64,000 nt of DNA from Octopus bimaculoides (taxonomy: Eukaryota), in the NCBI RefSeq assembly GCF_001194135.2, contig NC_068994.1:8547169-8611168 (forward strand). The letters run 5' to 3'. A model generated the notes under the pieces. The model worked only from the letters and a program-made list of their open reading frames with translations, searched no databases and was not told the origin of the DNA. A program made the position numbers and the translations under genes. Position 1 is the stretch's first letter, and each line of letters starts with the position of its first letter. This document shows, in pieces, positions 12,992 through 26,891 of this stretch.

Positions 12992-13260
12992 AATCTTGGC
13001 ATAGTGATCGGTACTACTTTCAAACCGACACGGCAGTGTATCGAGGCGGCGAACAAAGCCAGAAGGAATCTTTTCGTCATCCGCCTGTCCTTCGCCAATC
13101 TTTCAATGGACGTCTTTCGGCCTTTGTACGTCACTCTAGTTCGACCCATCCTCGAATATTGCATCCAGGCCTCAAACCCATAACATAATCCACAATATTC
13201 GTGATACAAGAACAGGCGACAGAAGACGGATGACATGTCACAAGTTACCGGATATATTTT
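12992..13260 (+). mobile_element. CR1-clade LINE RT C-terminal fragment
   Basis: Open frame 12992-13183: NLGIVIGTTFKPTRQCIEAANKARRNLFVIRLSFANLSMDVFRPLYVTLVRPILEYCIQASNP*, with the typical LY..LVRP.LEY..QA thumb motif. Confidence 0.85.
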
Positions 13261-14501
13261 GATGATAAACATTGTGTACGTGATATATCTTTGGAAACCA
13301 TATTGTATCAGTCTGTTATAACTAATCAGGCTGAGTATTTTCCAGCTTTATAGAGATTTTCTTCAGCTTCCCTCCTGAGTTGACAGTGAAGTGTAGACGA
13401 AGAAAAATAGAAAGGTTTTGGGTCTGTATAATTTATGCACCTTTGCCATTGTTATAGTAGCTGCTGTTCTCGTTGTAGCTGTCTGTAGAGAGGCTTGTGT
13501 TTTTAGTTTTAATGCCATTTGCATTAATGTCCATGTTTAAATTGTTAATGTCATTGTTCGTTCGGTTGTTCGTTCAGTTTCTGTTTTATTCACTCAAATG
13601 GTTCTTTTTTTATATTTACAAATCATAAAGAATGAGGCAGCCGTCAAGATTATTTTCTCTCTGCATGAGATTGCTAGTACCATGCTAGAAATCTCCAAAT
13701 ACCACCGCAGGGGACATCATATCAAAAATATTAAAAGAAAGGAAACACTGGTGACATTAAAATAAAAATGATAATATTACAAATAAAATGTTTTTTTTTT
13801 TTTCCATAAACGAGGGAATCAAAAACACTGTTTGACATGCGCTTTTAAAAAAATTGTACAAAATAGAGAAAATACATCCACATTAAGAAAAATGATAATC
13901 CTGGCAGAACTAATTAGTCCACTGGATGAAATGCTTAGCCGTATTTATGCTTTGAGCAAAAATTTCGGCGAAAGGGACTTCACCTTTCAATCTTTCGGTG
14001 ACGATAAAATAAATACCAGTTGAACACTTAAATCAATGTAATCGACTAGGCTCCACCTAAAGATTTGAGCGGCAGCAGCAGCAGTAGTAGTATAAATTTG
14101 AAGGTGGCCTGCTAGAAAAATGGTTACAATGTCCGACAAAATCCTTAGCGGCATCTGTTCCAATTTTACGTTCCGAGTTCAAATTCCATTGAGATCGATT
14201 TTTTCTTTCTATCCTTTCGAAACCTTACAATATTTGAGGTTTCGTGCCGTGTGTACAAACAATAACAATGATATATTTTGGTATTTTCAATACCATTGTG
14301 TAATTTCTCATCGCAAAAATGTGGGCAGATCCATGTTTCTGATATATAATTGTCGTCTTTCGTTGGCCGAAAATTGCATCTTATGTGCTACATCTGTTTG
14401 CTTTGCTGGAATAGGGTAATATATTCTATTTCTTTGTTATTTTAGTTTATTGCTCTATAGAGAATGGTTCGATAAAACCCATCTCTTCCTGAATGGTGAT
14501 T

Positions 14502-14550
<49 letters not shown>

Positions 14551-14699
14551 CATATGTATACATATACAAATGTATATATGTACATACATTTGTATATATA
14601 AGCTTCGGTCGCCCCCAAGGATATACTAGTGTGTGTGTGTTAGTGAGTATGTATGCATGCATGCTTTTATGTATATGCATATTGCCGTGTCTAGTAGTA

Positions 14700-15900
14700 A
14701 TGCTTGCAATATGTGCTGTGTGGAGTTTGTAATATTTTGAGATGGTGCTTGTCTTTTGTACATGCGCTGTGAATTGTATGATAATATTAATATTAGTTAT
14801 TACGCGCTTCCACTGTTGTACCGCGCACAGATCTAAGCTCACTGGCTGCGTGTTCTGCCATTCCTTTGATTTTGTGTTTCTGTTGTATTGAGAATGCCCT
14901 ACGTAACATTCGTACACTAGCAGAAGTGTATTTTGCACGCGGCGCATATATCTGCATATTTGGTGAGTATTTGGTCAGTATTTTTCAGCATGTTTCAGTT
15001 AGTTTTCAAGGTCCCTAATACTGGTACAGACAGGTTTTCCGCTTTCAGTTTCATATTCAAATAGCCTCTATATCAGATTCAAGTAGCCTCTATGAATTCT
15101 CATAGCCTCATATTCAAGAAGCCTCTATAAATTCTCAAGTTAGTTTAGATATACTATATCAGCTATTGAATCTGAGAATTCGATTGCCATACACTTCTTT
15201 TTCTGACGATCATTGATGATAAAGCTAACCTGGTCGATTAGCTTTAATCTGACATTGTGAATTGCTAGACTATAGTCAATTTGTCTTTTACCGCAACTGT
15301 TTTCTTGTTTATGTTTACTACATTCTTTTGCATTCGTTTCACAACGCAGGCATAAGTTGCAGATTATAAAACACACGATTCTGTTTTGGTTTTTAATATG
15401 TTCCCTCTTGGCTTAAAATGGGCAACTGCAGTCAATGCAATTAAGTGTTTCTTCATAGTCTCTATATGTCCAGCACTTAAGTAACGTATTCCATTTCAAG
15501 AAACGTTTTGGGTGGTTTCTGATGAGAACCAAGAAAGGTTAAATCTCCGATATGAGTCATACTCTTTTTAAACTCTGCTATGGCATACTTTTCTATTTCC
15601 ACTGAGTTCTCTTCGTTCATGTACTTGGTAAGTATGTAGTTTTTCTTGTCACGGAAACAATGGAATTAGGAAGACCTTCTATAGTTCCATTTTTTAGCTC
15701 AGACTGTAACTTCTCATAGATGTTAATCTGATCTCTGCTTTAAAAAAAAATCTTAGTTTCCTTAAAGATAAGGTACGATTATCCTTTGTTCGTGTATTAT
15801 AGTTATTTTCTTCAGTTTCTCATTTTCTACAATCTATTTTAGGTGTCGTCTACTTGTATGTATTTAATGACAGCTTTATGACTTCAGAACGTTTGTATGA
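14700..15900 (-). pseudogene. Possible decayed LINE ORF1 (gag-like zinc-knuckle) remnants
   Basis: A-rich minus strand with knuckle-like peptides CNLCLRCETNAKEC, YECYVGHSQ and RNHPKRFLKWNTL; too degenerate to assign a clade. Confidence 0.3.
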
Positions 15901-16338
15901 CCCTGTACTAATAGCAAAATTTATGTTTCTGTTTTAGCTTTTATGTGATGTGTTCTGAACTCTCATAAATGTTCTTATTTTATTCTGTGTAACCTGGCTA
16001 AATTAGTTAGTGACAAAATGAAACTCTTATAAACCCTAAGTTTATTACCGTATGACTAGATTATCGATACTTTTTAGCGTATTGTTTTCGCATTTATTTC
16101 TAAGTATTAAAGTAACGCCTTTATAAATATTGAAAAGAAGAAAACGAAATATACTGAGCTGGTACGTTGCAGAGTATCTTCAGCGGCTGCCGTCTGTAGA
16201 GTCTAAAATATGCTGGGAATAATATGAGACAGGTGGGCGGGAGGTCATCCAGTTGGGTATGGAGGCAATGGAATTTGGCTCAAAGTGGCTTTGGATCAGA
16301 ATGTATGAACCCTGGAAAGGGTAGCATTATCTGGTGTA

Positions 16339-16551
16339 AAGCGGCGAGCTGGCAGAAACGTTAGCACGGGCGAAATGCTTAGCAGTATTTCGTTTGCCGT
16401 TACGTTCTGAGTTCAAATTCCGCCGAGGTCGACTTTGCCTTTCATCCTTTCGAGGTCGATACATTAAGTACCAGTTGCGTACTGGGGTCGATCTAATCGA
16501 CTGGCCCCTTCTCCAAAAATATCGGGCCTTGTGCCTAGAGTAGAAACGAGT
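16339..16551 (+). mobile_element. SINE family B, tail type 1
   Basis: Head gcggcgagctggcagaaacg...gagttcaaattcc, central gcctttcatcctttcgaggtcgat...aagtaccag; 13-bp TSD attatctggtgta at 16326-16338 and 16552-16564. Confidence 0.9.
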
Positions 16552-18051
16552 ATTATCTGGTGTAGTGCTAACTGGACGCTAAACGGGATACCTAGGAAAA
16601 GGGTTCTGATCGTTGGTTATGAATGACCCGAAATATCCAAAGATTCAAGAAAACAACACTAATGATGTGTTCAGGTGCTTCACAAGACCATTATCCTTTA
16701 TTTGTGCGATTCGAACGTCATCTACCTTATCAATTCCTAAGTTTTCTTAAAACTGTTTTTCTTCTAGTGTTTCGGTTATTTATGTTGTTTAAAAAACACT
16801 AACGTTCTTAATTTTGTTTTTGCCTTATCTTGCTGCTGTGGTGTATTTTTTTTTTCTAATACGAGTCTCATATCATTTTCACAGGCAAATCCGTACTTTG
16901 CATATAGTGATATTTCTATTTGCTTATCAACTAAGATGTAGAAAATGTAGTTGATTGCCCTCCCATAAAATTTGCATTCAAGTCCATCCAGGCTTAACAC
17001 GTTCGTTATACGTGATAGCCTATTTATAGATTTCTTTATCAGTAATTGATCTTTACAGACATATAAACATTTACATCATAACTTGTTTTTTGAACACAAG
17101 TCTTGTCTTCTTTTCTAGTTATTCATTTATGCTTTGCAATATCACTGCAGTTAAAGTATTAAAAAATCTTAGGAAGTCCTGTTATAGTTTTCCCCTCAAT
17201 GGCCTTTTCACTTGTTTGAACACTTCAGTATGTTTTTAAATATTTCTTTCCTAACACATTATGACTTGCAAAGCATTTTGAACCTTAGGTTTGTGATTTT
17301 ATCATATTCTCATGACTTCCAATGTTTCATGTTCTTTTCCAAGAGGTGTGTATATATATATATATATATATATTATATTAATATGGCTTCCTCTCATTGT
17401 TCAGGCATTGCGTTTGCTTGTTTGAAGCAATTTCACACTCCTTTCCCTGAATAACTTCTACTTCCCTTCTTTCTGCCAATGCCTCATTGATTTTTAATTC
17501 ATCTTCACCTCAGTTCTTGATAAATCGTTTTGCGATGAAGTCAAACTGTTTGGTTTGTTCAAAGGTTCGTTATTGTTTTCATACCGATTGATTGATTCCG
17601 ATTTAGTGAGAATCAGTTGTTTCAAGCGTTTATTTATATATTTTTTATTCACCCATTTCTTTCTTTCTCTTATTTTAGATACCTCTATGTGTTTTTTAAT
17701 ACTATATTTCTGTAACATTTCTCTATTCCTCACTTTTTCAGTTGTGTCGTTTTTTTTTATTGCTTTCAACAATGACGAAAAGTGTTTTTCTCTTATTTTT
17801 TTTTTATCGTCTGCTCTACATCAATTTAAGGCCGTTTTACCAATTTCATTTATTTGCTCTGTAGTTATTTCTAATGCACATTATATTGTTTGATTAAGGC
17901 ATTGTTTTTTTTATGCTGTAAACTACTTTCCTGGTTTGTAATACATCGTTAATTTCTATGAGTTTTACCTCTGAAAACATATGTTTAATTTCGTGTATCA
18001 AATTTTCTAAGGCACTGTATTGATATTTTTATCGCCACTAACGGTTCTTTT

Positions 18052-18092
<41 letters not shown>

Positions 18093-18300
18093 AAAGAAGG
18101 TTTTTTGTAAATTGTGACTGTTCGGCTCTGGAGCATTCTATTTAACTCGTTTCTTTGTGATATTTTTATATGAACCATAGTGGTACATAGAGAAATTTAG
18201 CTTCGTAATATATGTCTATTATAAATTGAGGAATCAACATGAGAGGGATACGTATTAATACATGTTGCATTAGTTTAACACGAAAAAGGAAAGCAAAAAT

Positions 18301-19020
18301 AATGACGTTTCGGACGCAGGTCTTTCATAAGAAAAAAAACAAAATTTAAAGGGAACATAAAGAAATAAGAAGAGTGGTAAGAAAGACAGAAAAAAGTTTA
18401 GAAAATGCGGTTCTATAGCGGAATAAGGAAGAGAAGAAGAGGAGGTGGAGCAGTATAGAAGAATAACCGTGTATAGGGATGGGAATACAGTCCTTTAATT
18501 TCAGTGTTTTTCCATAGATTTAGTGCTTCTCCAGATATGGAGAACTTCATTACCATTATATCTTGTACATCGATAAGTATTGTATGATTACAATACTTTT
18601 ATTACCAATGACTCTTGTCTATTGGCGATCTAAACACCTTTCTTTCACAGCATTCTCGATAGATTACACAGACAAGTAATAAGTTGTGAGTGATTGTCGA
18701 ATAAACAAACAACATGTGATAAAATTAACACCAAAACTGTGCTCTTGGTTATGGAAACAATACCAATAACAATCTTCTAAAGAATTATTTCTGTTAATAA
18801 AATTTTGAGAATTACAATTTTTCTCCAGATACTATGAAAATCAATAATGAGGTCACTAGCGGTGTTCTTCAAAAGTAAACATTCTCATTGACATAGCTTT
18901 CTTTGTGGCAAATATTTCCTTTATAATAACCGCCGTAAGTTTTTTTTCTTATACTTGATTTTTGTTATTTTGCACTTATTTACACTGTTTGTTTGTGAAA
19001 TTACATTATTGCTTCTGAAG
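18301..19020 (-). mobile_element. Probable decayed Penelope-like element 3' region
   Basis: Degenerate hammerhead-like cttatga-aagac(ctgc)gtcc-gaaacgtc at 18331-18304; upstream minus-strand sequence gives only weak Penelope-like peptides (RTPLVT; EALNLWKNTEIKGLYSHP). Confidence 0.4.
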
Positions 19021-19046
19021 TTGAATTTTCCATTATTAGTATTATG

Positions 19047-19413
19047 TGCAGGCGTGGCTATGTGGTAAGAAGCTTACTTCCCACCCACATAGTTCCAGGT
19101 TCAGTACCATTGCATGGTACCTTGGGATGGTGTCTTCTGCTATAGCCCCGAATAGACCAAAGCCTCGTGAGTGGATTTGGTAGACGGAGACTGAAAAAAC
19201 TCAGCCGTGTATATATATATATATATATATATATGCGCATGAGTGGCTGTGTGGTAAGTAGCTTGCTTACCAACCACATAGATCTGGGTTCAGTCCCACT
19301 GCGTGGCACCTTGGGCAAGTGTCTTCTACTATAGCCTCGGGTCTTGAGTGGATCTGGTAGACGGAAACTGAAAGAATCCCGTCGTATATATGTGTATATA
19401 TATATATATATAT
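19047..19413 (+). mobile_element. Two head-to-tail SINE family A 5' halves running into an assembly gap
   Basis: Heads at 19047 and 19235, each followed by gcaccttggg...gtcttct(a/g)ctatagcc and a (TA)n tract. Confidence 0.85.
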
Positions 19414-22400
19414 NNNNNNNNNNNNNNNNNNNNNNNNNNNNNNNNNNNNNNNNNNNNNNNNNNNNNNNNNNNNNNNNNNNNNNNNNNNNNNNNNNNNNNN
19501 NNNNNNNNNNNNNNNNNNNNNNNNNNNNNNNNNNNNNNNNNNNNNNNNNNNNNNNNNNNNNNNNNNNNNNNNNNNNNNNNNNNNNNNNNNNNNNNNNNNN
19601 NNNNNNNNNNNNNNNNNNNNNNNNNNNNNNNNNNNNNNNNNNNNNNNNNNNNNNNNNNNNNNNNNNNNNNNNNNNNNNNNNNNNNNNNNNNNNNNNNNNN
19701 NNNNNNNNNNNNNNNNNNNNNNNNNNNNNNNNNNNNNNNNNNNNNNNNAAATATTATGAAAATAGCATTTTTTGACGGCCCGATAACTAAACAGATGCTG
19801 GTGCGAGTTTCCGCCCGAACATCCGAAACTCGGAGTTTTATCATGGATACCGAATAATTGTAGAGAGAGACGGAGAAAGAGAGAGATAAATATTATATAA
19901 GTGTGTGTGTAAACGTCTTTGACTTGCGTATGTCGTTTGGCAACAAAGCAGTTTGACAGAAATTACCTACAAAATTCATATCATAATTAACGATTAATTA
20001 CTGGAGTTGATCTGTCCGAGTAGGCCAGCCAAAGTGGTGCCCCACCAGTAAGGGCGCAGTCCAGTGATTCATACGAGTAAAGAAATAAAAGATTCCTTTA
20101 ACTTATGTAAGAAACGAAGTGCAGCATCAATAAACAGTTTTTTTCCAAGACAGTCGTAACTGATGAAGCATAGAAAGGAAGAATATACGATTTAAGTATT
20201 CACCCTCATAACGGAAACATCGCCTGAATGCTGGCAACAATATGGACTCCGCCAAAGTTGCACAATAGCAGAAGTGGTGATGTTAAATCCATCGGATGAT
20301 AGCATATTAAGTCTTCACACAAGAATTAAGACATCCACCCATTAATTTCATATCGGAAAATATATTTAGACATGTTCAAAGTTTCAATATTATATAAGAT
20401 AGTTTTAAAAGGAAAATTACTTTATAACAAAACAGAATGTTTCTTTTTCTCTCTAGAATCAAATGATATTTCACAAAATATATATATATATATATTATTT
20501 TTCTTGCTTTATTTCATAACATAACAGAATATCTACGTTACGAAAAGGAGAAAAATCCAAACATATACATACACTACAAAGAATATCTCATACAAGAAAA
20601 TTTCCGCTTAATATCAGTTATGATGGTTCTCCATACTGGCAGAGAAACAAAGAAAGGAAGTAAGTCGTGATATCAATAACAGCAACAACAACCACAACAA
20701 CAATAGCAACAAAACAACTCCACCAACAACAGGAATCAAATACATACATACATACATATACACAGTTAGCTTGTTGGTTTTCAGCCATTGCGGCCGGAAA
20801 TATCTCAATTTAAAGAACAGGAAAAATGGATGTGGAAATAGAAACATTTAGAATATAGTAATTCTAAACTCAAAAATAAAACTCCCATTCAAATATGTAG
20901 TTTCGTAATCTCATCGATAAACCTATTGATAATAATAACAATAATAATAATAGGATTTATAAACATTGTTCAATGTACACTTAAATAACTTTTGTTAGAC
21001 TCCGTTCATTTCATTCTGAATATTGGAAATATCGGAATCGATAGGAAAAAGGAAAAAAGGAAAAAAAAAATAATAATGCAACATGCGCGCATACACATAC
21101 ACATATACGCAAACACATATGTATACACATCAGACAAAGCAAATAGATTCACTTATGTAATAAATGCAAACATAAAGAATACACTTTGCGTGTTACACGT
21201 AGCTTTAATCTGTAATAGAACAGAGTGATGCAATGCTGTAATAAAATGCGCGTGATGATGATGATGATGATTATGATGGCGTTGTTGTTGCTGCTGCTGT
21301 TGGCGGTGGTATTGATAATGATAACGCTGGTAGTGGGGCGTCGGCGGTGGTGGTGGTGGTGTCTGCAATGGTAGTAACGGCGGTAGAGGTGGTGTTGGGA
21401 GAGGTGATAGTGATGGTAGTGGTGGTAGCGGTAATAGCAGTAGTGATGGTGCTGTTGATGATGAGGCAGAGGAGGGCTATAACGATGACGATGGTATGCT
21501 AACAACAACGACGACGACTCGTCAAGGATCAGCAAGCCTGTAACATATATGGGGATACCCCTCTGTAAATCTTCGCTCACGTAGCCAAGCTACCGTTGAG
21601 GGCTGTGCAGCTACGTAGAGACTACCTTGTTATCTTGTCTATGCTGCAGTTAGTGTTCGAGTTTAGTTCCAGTACAACTTCTGCATGAACACACACTTAT
21701 AATCAAAGTAAATTCAGCCGCAATTATGGTTTCCTATCGTTTTATTATTTCTGTAGAGTATTATTTGATGGCGAAGGTGGCAAACTTAATCCTATGTTGA
21801 CTTACTGTTCAAATCGAAACTGGTATGTACACAGTTTATGTAAAAGAGAAATGAAGTACTAATAATCGATAATCGTTTCATTGTCATAGAAGGCAATTTC
21901 AGGGGTGGAGATTTGTCAGTTACATCGACTCCGATATTTGACTGATAATTTATTTTATGCACCGCAAAAGCCAAAGTTGATCATCGCAGATTTTGAATTC
22001 ATAACGTAAGCGACCCGGCCAGCTCCAGCTCGCATCTTTACTGGAAGAGCACATTAGATCATAGAAGCTTAAGATAGTATTAAAGAAATGTAGTGAAACG
22101 CTGGTTTTACTTGAACGTAAGTCCGGGCAGTTGGCGAATGTGAATTAGTTCGTACATACTGGAGTAGACAAAGACGATGGGAATAGAACAGGATATTGGA
22201 GAGGGACTGAGGAGACAAGATCGAGAAAAGAAAGAGGAGAATGGAGCTAAGTTTAGTGAGATCGAGTTTTTCTTTTCATTTCATTACATCGAAAGAATGA
22301 ATGGCAAATTTAGCATCCGGCAAAATTTGAACTCAGATCTGAAACGATTATTGCAACAGTAGTCAATACCATGTTATAATCAATCGGCTAATTTGTTGCT

Positions 22401-24208
22401 TTGTGGGAGTGTTTGTAAGAGTGTGTATGTGTGTGATTCTGTCTGTCATCTGTCTATCTGCCTGTTTGTCACACACACATACATGCGACACACTTCTTTC
22501 CGATTCTGTTAACGAAATCTACCCAGAAGGCTTTGATCACCTTGGGGCTATGGTAGAAGACTCTTGTCTAAAGTGCCATGCAGTGGGACTGAACGTAGAA
22601 CCATGTGGTTTGGAAGCATTTTTGTTTACCATACAACCACGCGCTATATCTATCTATCAGGCTATATATTTAAACAAACGCGGGAGACACATAATTTATA
22701 CTTGTAGATATTTAAACAAATATCTAATTAAAATTCTTCCAGACATCAATTCATTAACGCTTCATACATTTACTATTCATTAGTGGAAATATCTATTGTA
22801 TGGTCATGTTCGATATTTATAGTACTTTGGACCTCATTGCGAACTGTCGGAACCGTATGGTTCGTTTTCAGTAAACCGCTGGAACGAAAATGAATGAACG
22901 GGATATGTAATTAATTAGATTGCATTTATAATTTCTTGTATAGAATTTTACTATTAATGGCAGTCGATTTAATGTGGTCTACGGATTCTTGAAGGGTCTA
23001 ACAAATATTGTGGCTGATTGATAGATATATATATATATATATAGATATATAGATATATATNNNNNNNNNNNNNNNNNNNNNNNNNNNNNNNNNNNNNNNN
23101 NNNNNNNNNNNNNNNNNNNNNNNNNNNNNNNNNNNNNNNNNNNNNNNNNNNNNNNNNNNNNNNNNNNNNNNNNNNNNNNNNNNNNNNNNNNNNNNNNNNN
23201 NNNNNNNNNNNNNNNNNNNNNNNNNNNNNNNNNNNNNNNNNNNNNNNNNNNNNNNNNNNNNNNNNNNNNNNNNNNNNNNNNNNNNNNNNNNNNNNNNNNN
23301 NNNNNNNNNNNNNNNNNNNNNNNNNNNNNNNNNNNNNNNNNNNNNNNNNNNNNNNNNNNNNNNNNNNNNNNNNNNNNNNNNNNNNNNNNNNNNNNNNNNN
23401 NNNNNNNNNNNNNNATATATATATATGATACAAAGTGGGACAAGAACGCAAAACATCCAGACAGTTAGGTGATACAAGAAAAGAACAACAAAACATCCAA
23501 ACAGACGATACAAAGAAAACAAGGACAGGTCATTCGGATTTTCTCTCTTCAGTCGAGATCAGATTATCCTTGCAATTTCGGCTGGTTATTCTCGATATTG
23601 CTCCAATCTGGACAGCCCCAAGGAAAAAAAAAACTAAGCTAAGAGCATTAGATTCCTTGGAAGAAAGCAGCGAATGTATACAAAAACAATGACGGAAAAA
23701 AAACCGAACAATATTACACGAACAAAATATATATATATATATATATATATGTAAATTATCGTTTAATTCTCCAGTCATTAGGCTGCCGCAATGCTAAGTC
23801 GCGGCATTGAGGGATTTTGCCGAACCGCTAAGTAACGGGGAATGGAAAGACACAAATACCAGTTGTCAAGTAGTGATGGGGACAAACACTGGCACATTAA
23901 CACAAACGCTTACATACACACACACAAGTGTGTGTGTGTGTGTGTAAATATATGTATCTATATAAAATCCAAGAGAGTTAGGGGTTGAGAATCCAACCCA
24001 CTGAGGAATAATATCTTTCCAATATACTGCTAGGAGGGTACCCAATTATTATTACACTAGTGTTTTACCAAGTGCAATAAGTGGGTGCAGGTAAAAGAGG
24101 TTTTACCCTAAATTTATATTGTAATATGTATATATATATATGTGTGTGTGTGTGTAGGCATGTATATATAAATACATATGTTTGTATATAGATGTTTCTA
24201 TGCATGTG

Positions 24209-24254
<46 letters not shown>

Positions 24255-24447
24255 AAACATATATAACGAAGGGCATCTTTCAGTTTCAGTCATTCACACA
24301 CATGGCCTTTGTCGGTGAGGAGGCATATTAGAAGAAAGTCGCCGCAGGAATTATTCTTTGTAAGCCTAGTACTTATACTATTGTCTTTCGCCGAACCGCT
24401 AAGTTACGGGGATTTAAACACACCAACATCGGTTGTCAAGTAAAAGA

Positions 24448-24481
<34 letters not shown>

Positions 24482-25788
24482 CATTCTCATGCGCACGCAT
24501 TTATCCGTTCGAAAATATACACATTCGCAGGCGTGTTTCTGTTACAAGAAAAGAACACTGTTAACATTGGTGAGAATGTATCTATTAATGGCCACTTCTT
24601 CCTCTCTGTCCACCAAAGACATTGATACAGCTCGAAGACATTAATACAGTTAGTTGCATGTGCTAGGGGAGGTGTTATGGTATGTATACTAATTCTTTAT
24701 CCATTCTTCGTACATTGGCTCTTTCATTGCGCTTTACATTTTTTCGTATTTCAAGGCAGCCGCAAAAAATACTATCTATCTGTCTGTCTGTCTGGTTGTA
24801 TATGTATGTATATATATCTCTCTATATGTTTCAGTATATTTACATACGCACACAGACACAGACACAAACACAAACACACACATATATGAGAGTGTGGTTT
24901 GTTTATGTATGTATGTATATATATATTTACATAAGTAACTCTCTCTCTCATATATATATATATATAATGTTGTACATTCCATATATATTTACATATAATT
25001 ACATACAAACACACATGTATACATACGCTCGAACACACACATATTCCAATTGAATTTATCTCAATGGTAGTTCTTGCTTGTTTGTACACGCTGAAAATCA
25101 AAAACCCAAAATAAAAATTACAATAATGAAAAAACTAAAACGCCCATCCCTCCCTCCAAAGATAAACCAAATACAAGAAAAACAATAAGCCAGCTGCTTT
25201 CAATGTAATTAACTCTACATAAGAAGCCTGAATCTCTGAATATATTCACAGACATACGAATGACTTGAGGTTATTTACCTCCAGTTAGAAAATATATAAG
25301 CTGAACTTTTTTTTCCCAGTTACATAGTGCGGATATGTAGCTGAAAAAAACCTGAGCTTGCTTAATCAAACAACATCGCTTGTTTTGCCGTCAGCATTGT
25401 CGCCATCTTTGTCGTCTTCATCGTTACTGTTGTTCGTGTGGTTGTTGGTTTATTTTGCCCCCAAGGTATGTCTGATCGAACTACCTATGATTAATGGTAT
25501 TCCTACCGTGACTATCATGTCTTTGTAGGGAGTATCTGACGTTAGCGCAGTATTTAATAAGTATCATCTCAATTTTGTTGCTCTTTGTTTTTTTATAAAA
25601 ATGGTCTCGTATGTAGATATTAAGATTTAGCGTCTATTTCTAGCAGTTGTGACAATCATATAAAGGGTGTACTCATTTTGTCTAAATGACTTTTATTTTT
25701 TCACCCGTTTCAGCCATCGGACGGCGACCTTACTGGGGCACCCCCTTGAATTTGTAGTGTAGAATATATGTTCAGTATCAAGTATTGA

Positions 25789-26146
25789 GTGGAGGCGCAA
25801 TGGCCCAGTGGTTAGGGCAGCGGGCTCGTGGTCATAGGATCGCGGTCTCGATTCCCAGACCGGGCGTTGTGAGTGTTTATTGAGCGAAAACACCTGAGGC
25901 TCCAGCAGGGGATGGTGGCGAACCCTGCTGTACTCTTTCACCACAACTTTCACTCTTACTTCCTGTTTCTGTTGTACCTGCAATTCAAAGGGTCAGCCTT
26001 GTCACGCTGAATCTCCCCGAGAACTAAGTTAAGGGTACACGTGTCTGTGGAGTGCTCAGCCACTTGCCCGTTAATTTCACGAGCTGCCTGTTCCGTTGAT
26101 CGGATCAACTGGAACTCTCGACGTCGTAAGCGACTGAGTGCCAAAA
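25789..26146 (+). mobile_element. SINE family C (tRNA-derived), full length with small internal deletions
   Basis: Head ggaggcgcaatggcccagtggttagg...tctcgattccc; 12-bp TSD atcaagtattga at 25777-25788 and 26147-26158; an older copy follows at about 26255-26535. Confidence 0.9.
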
Positions 26147-26636
26147 ATCAAGTATTGAAATGGCTGTGTGTAGATTATTAGAAGAGTTCTTACAAAGAAG
26201 AAAAATAAATTTAAGAACTATATATTTACTACATAAAAAAATATTCTAATTACTGGTCGATGTGCCACGTGGCTTAGTGGTTAGCCTATTCGGCTCACGA
26301 TCGTAAGGTTGTGAGTTCAATTCCTGATGGCACATTGCGTCCTTCACCAATACGTTTTATTTCATTTTGCTCCAGTCCATTCAGCCGGTAAAAAAATGAG
26401 TTGAAAGGGGCCAACCTTATATTCTGTGTCACGCTGAATCTCCCAGAGAACTACGTTGAGGAGATGCATATATGTGGAGCACACGTTAATTTCACGGGCA
26501 GACTGTTTCGTTGATCGAATGAACTAGAACATTCGTCGTCGCAACCGACGAATCATAAAATTAACGTAGCGACGGGCGAAATACCATTTAGAATTTTTCT
26601 AACGATTCTGTTCTCCACCTTAATAATAATAATAAT

Positions 26637-26851
26637 CCTTTCTACTATAGACACAAGGCCTGAAATTTTCGGTGAGGGGACTAGTCGATTACATCGACTC
26701 CCATTATTTCACTGGTACTTTTAGTTTATCGACTTCGAAAGGTAGAAAGGCAAAGTCGACCTCAACATATTTTGAACTCAGAACTTAAAGACAGTTGAAA
26801 TGCCGAAAAGTATTTCGCCCGGCGTGCTAAACATTCTGCCAGCTCTCAACC

Positions 26852-26852
<1 letters not shown>
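26637..26852 (-). mobile_element. SINE family B, diverged
   Basis: Reverse-complement match to family B head, central domain and type 1 tail. Confidence 0.75.

Positions 26853-26891
<39 letters not shown>

Noticed and set aside
25789-25865. tRNA-like cloverleaf segments
   Set aside because: These are SINE heads followed by SINE bodies and TSDs; no standalone tRNA gene was found.
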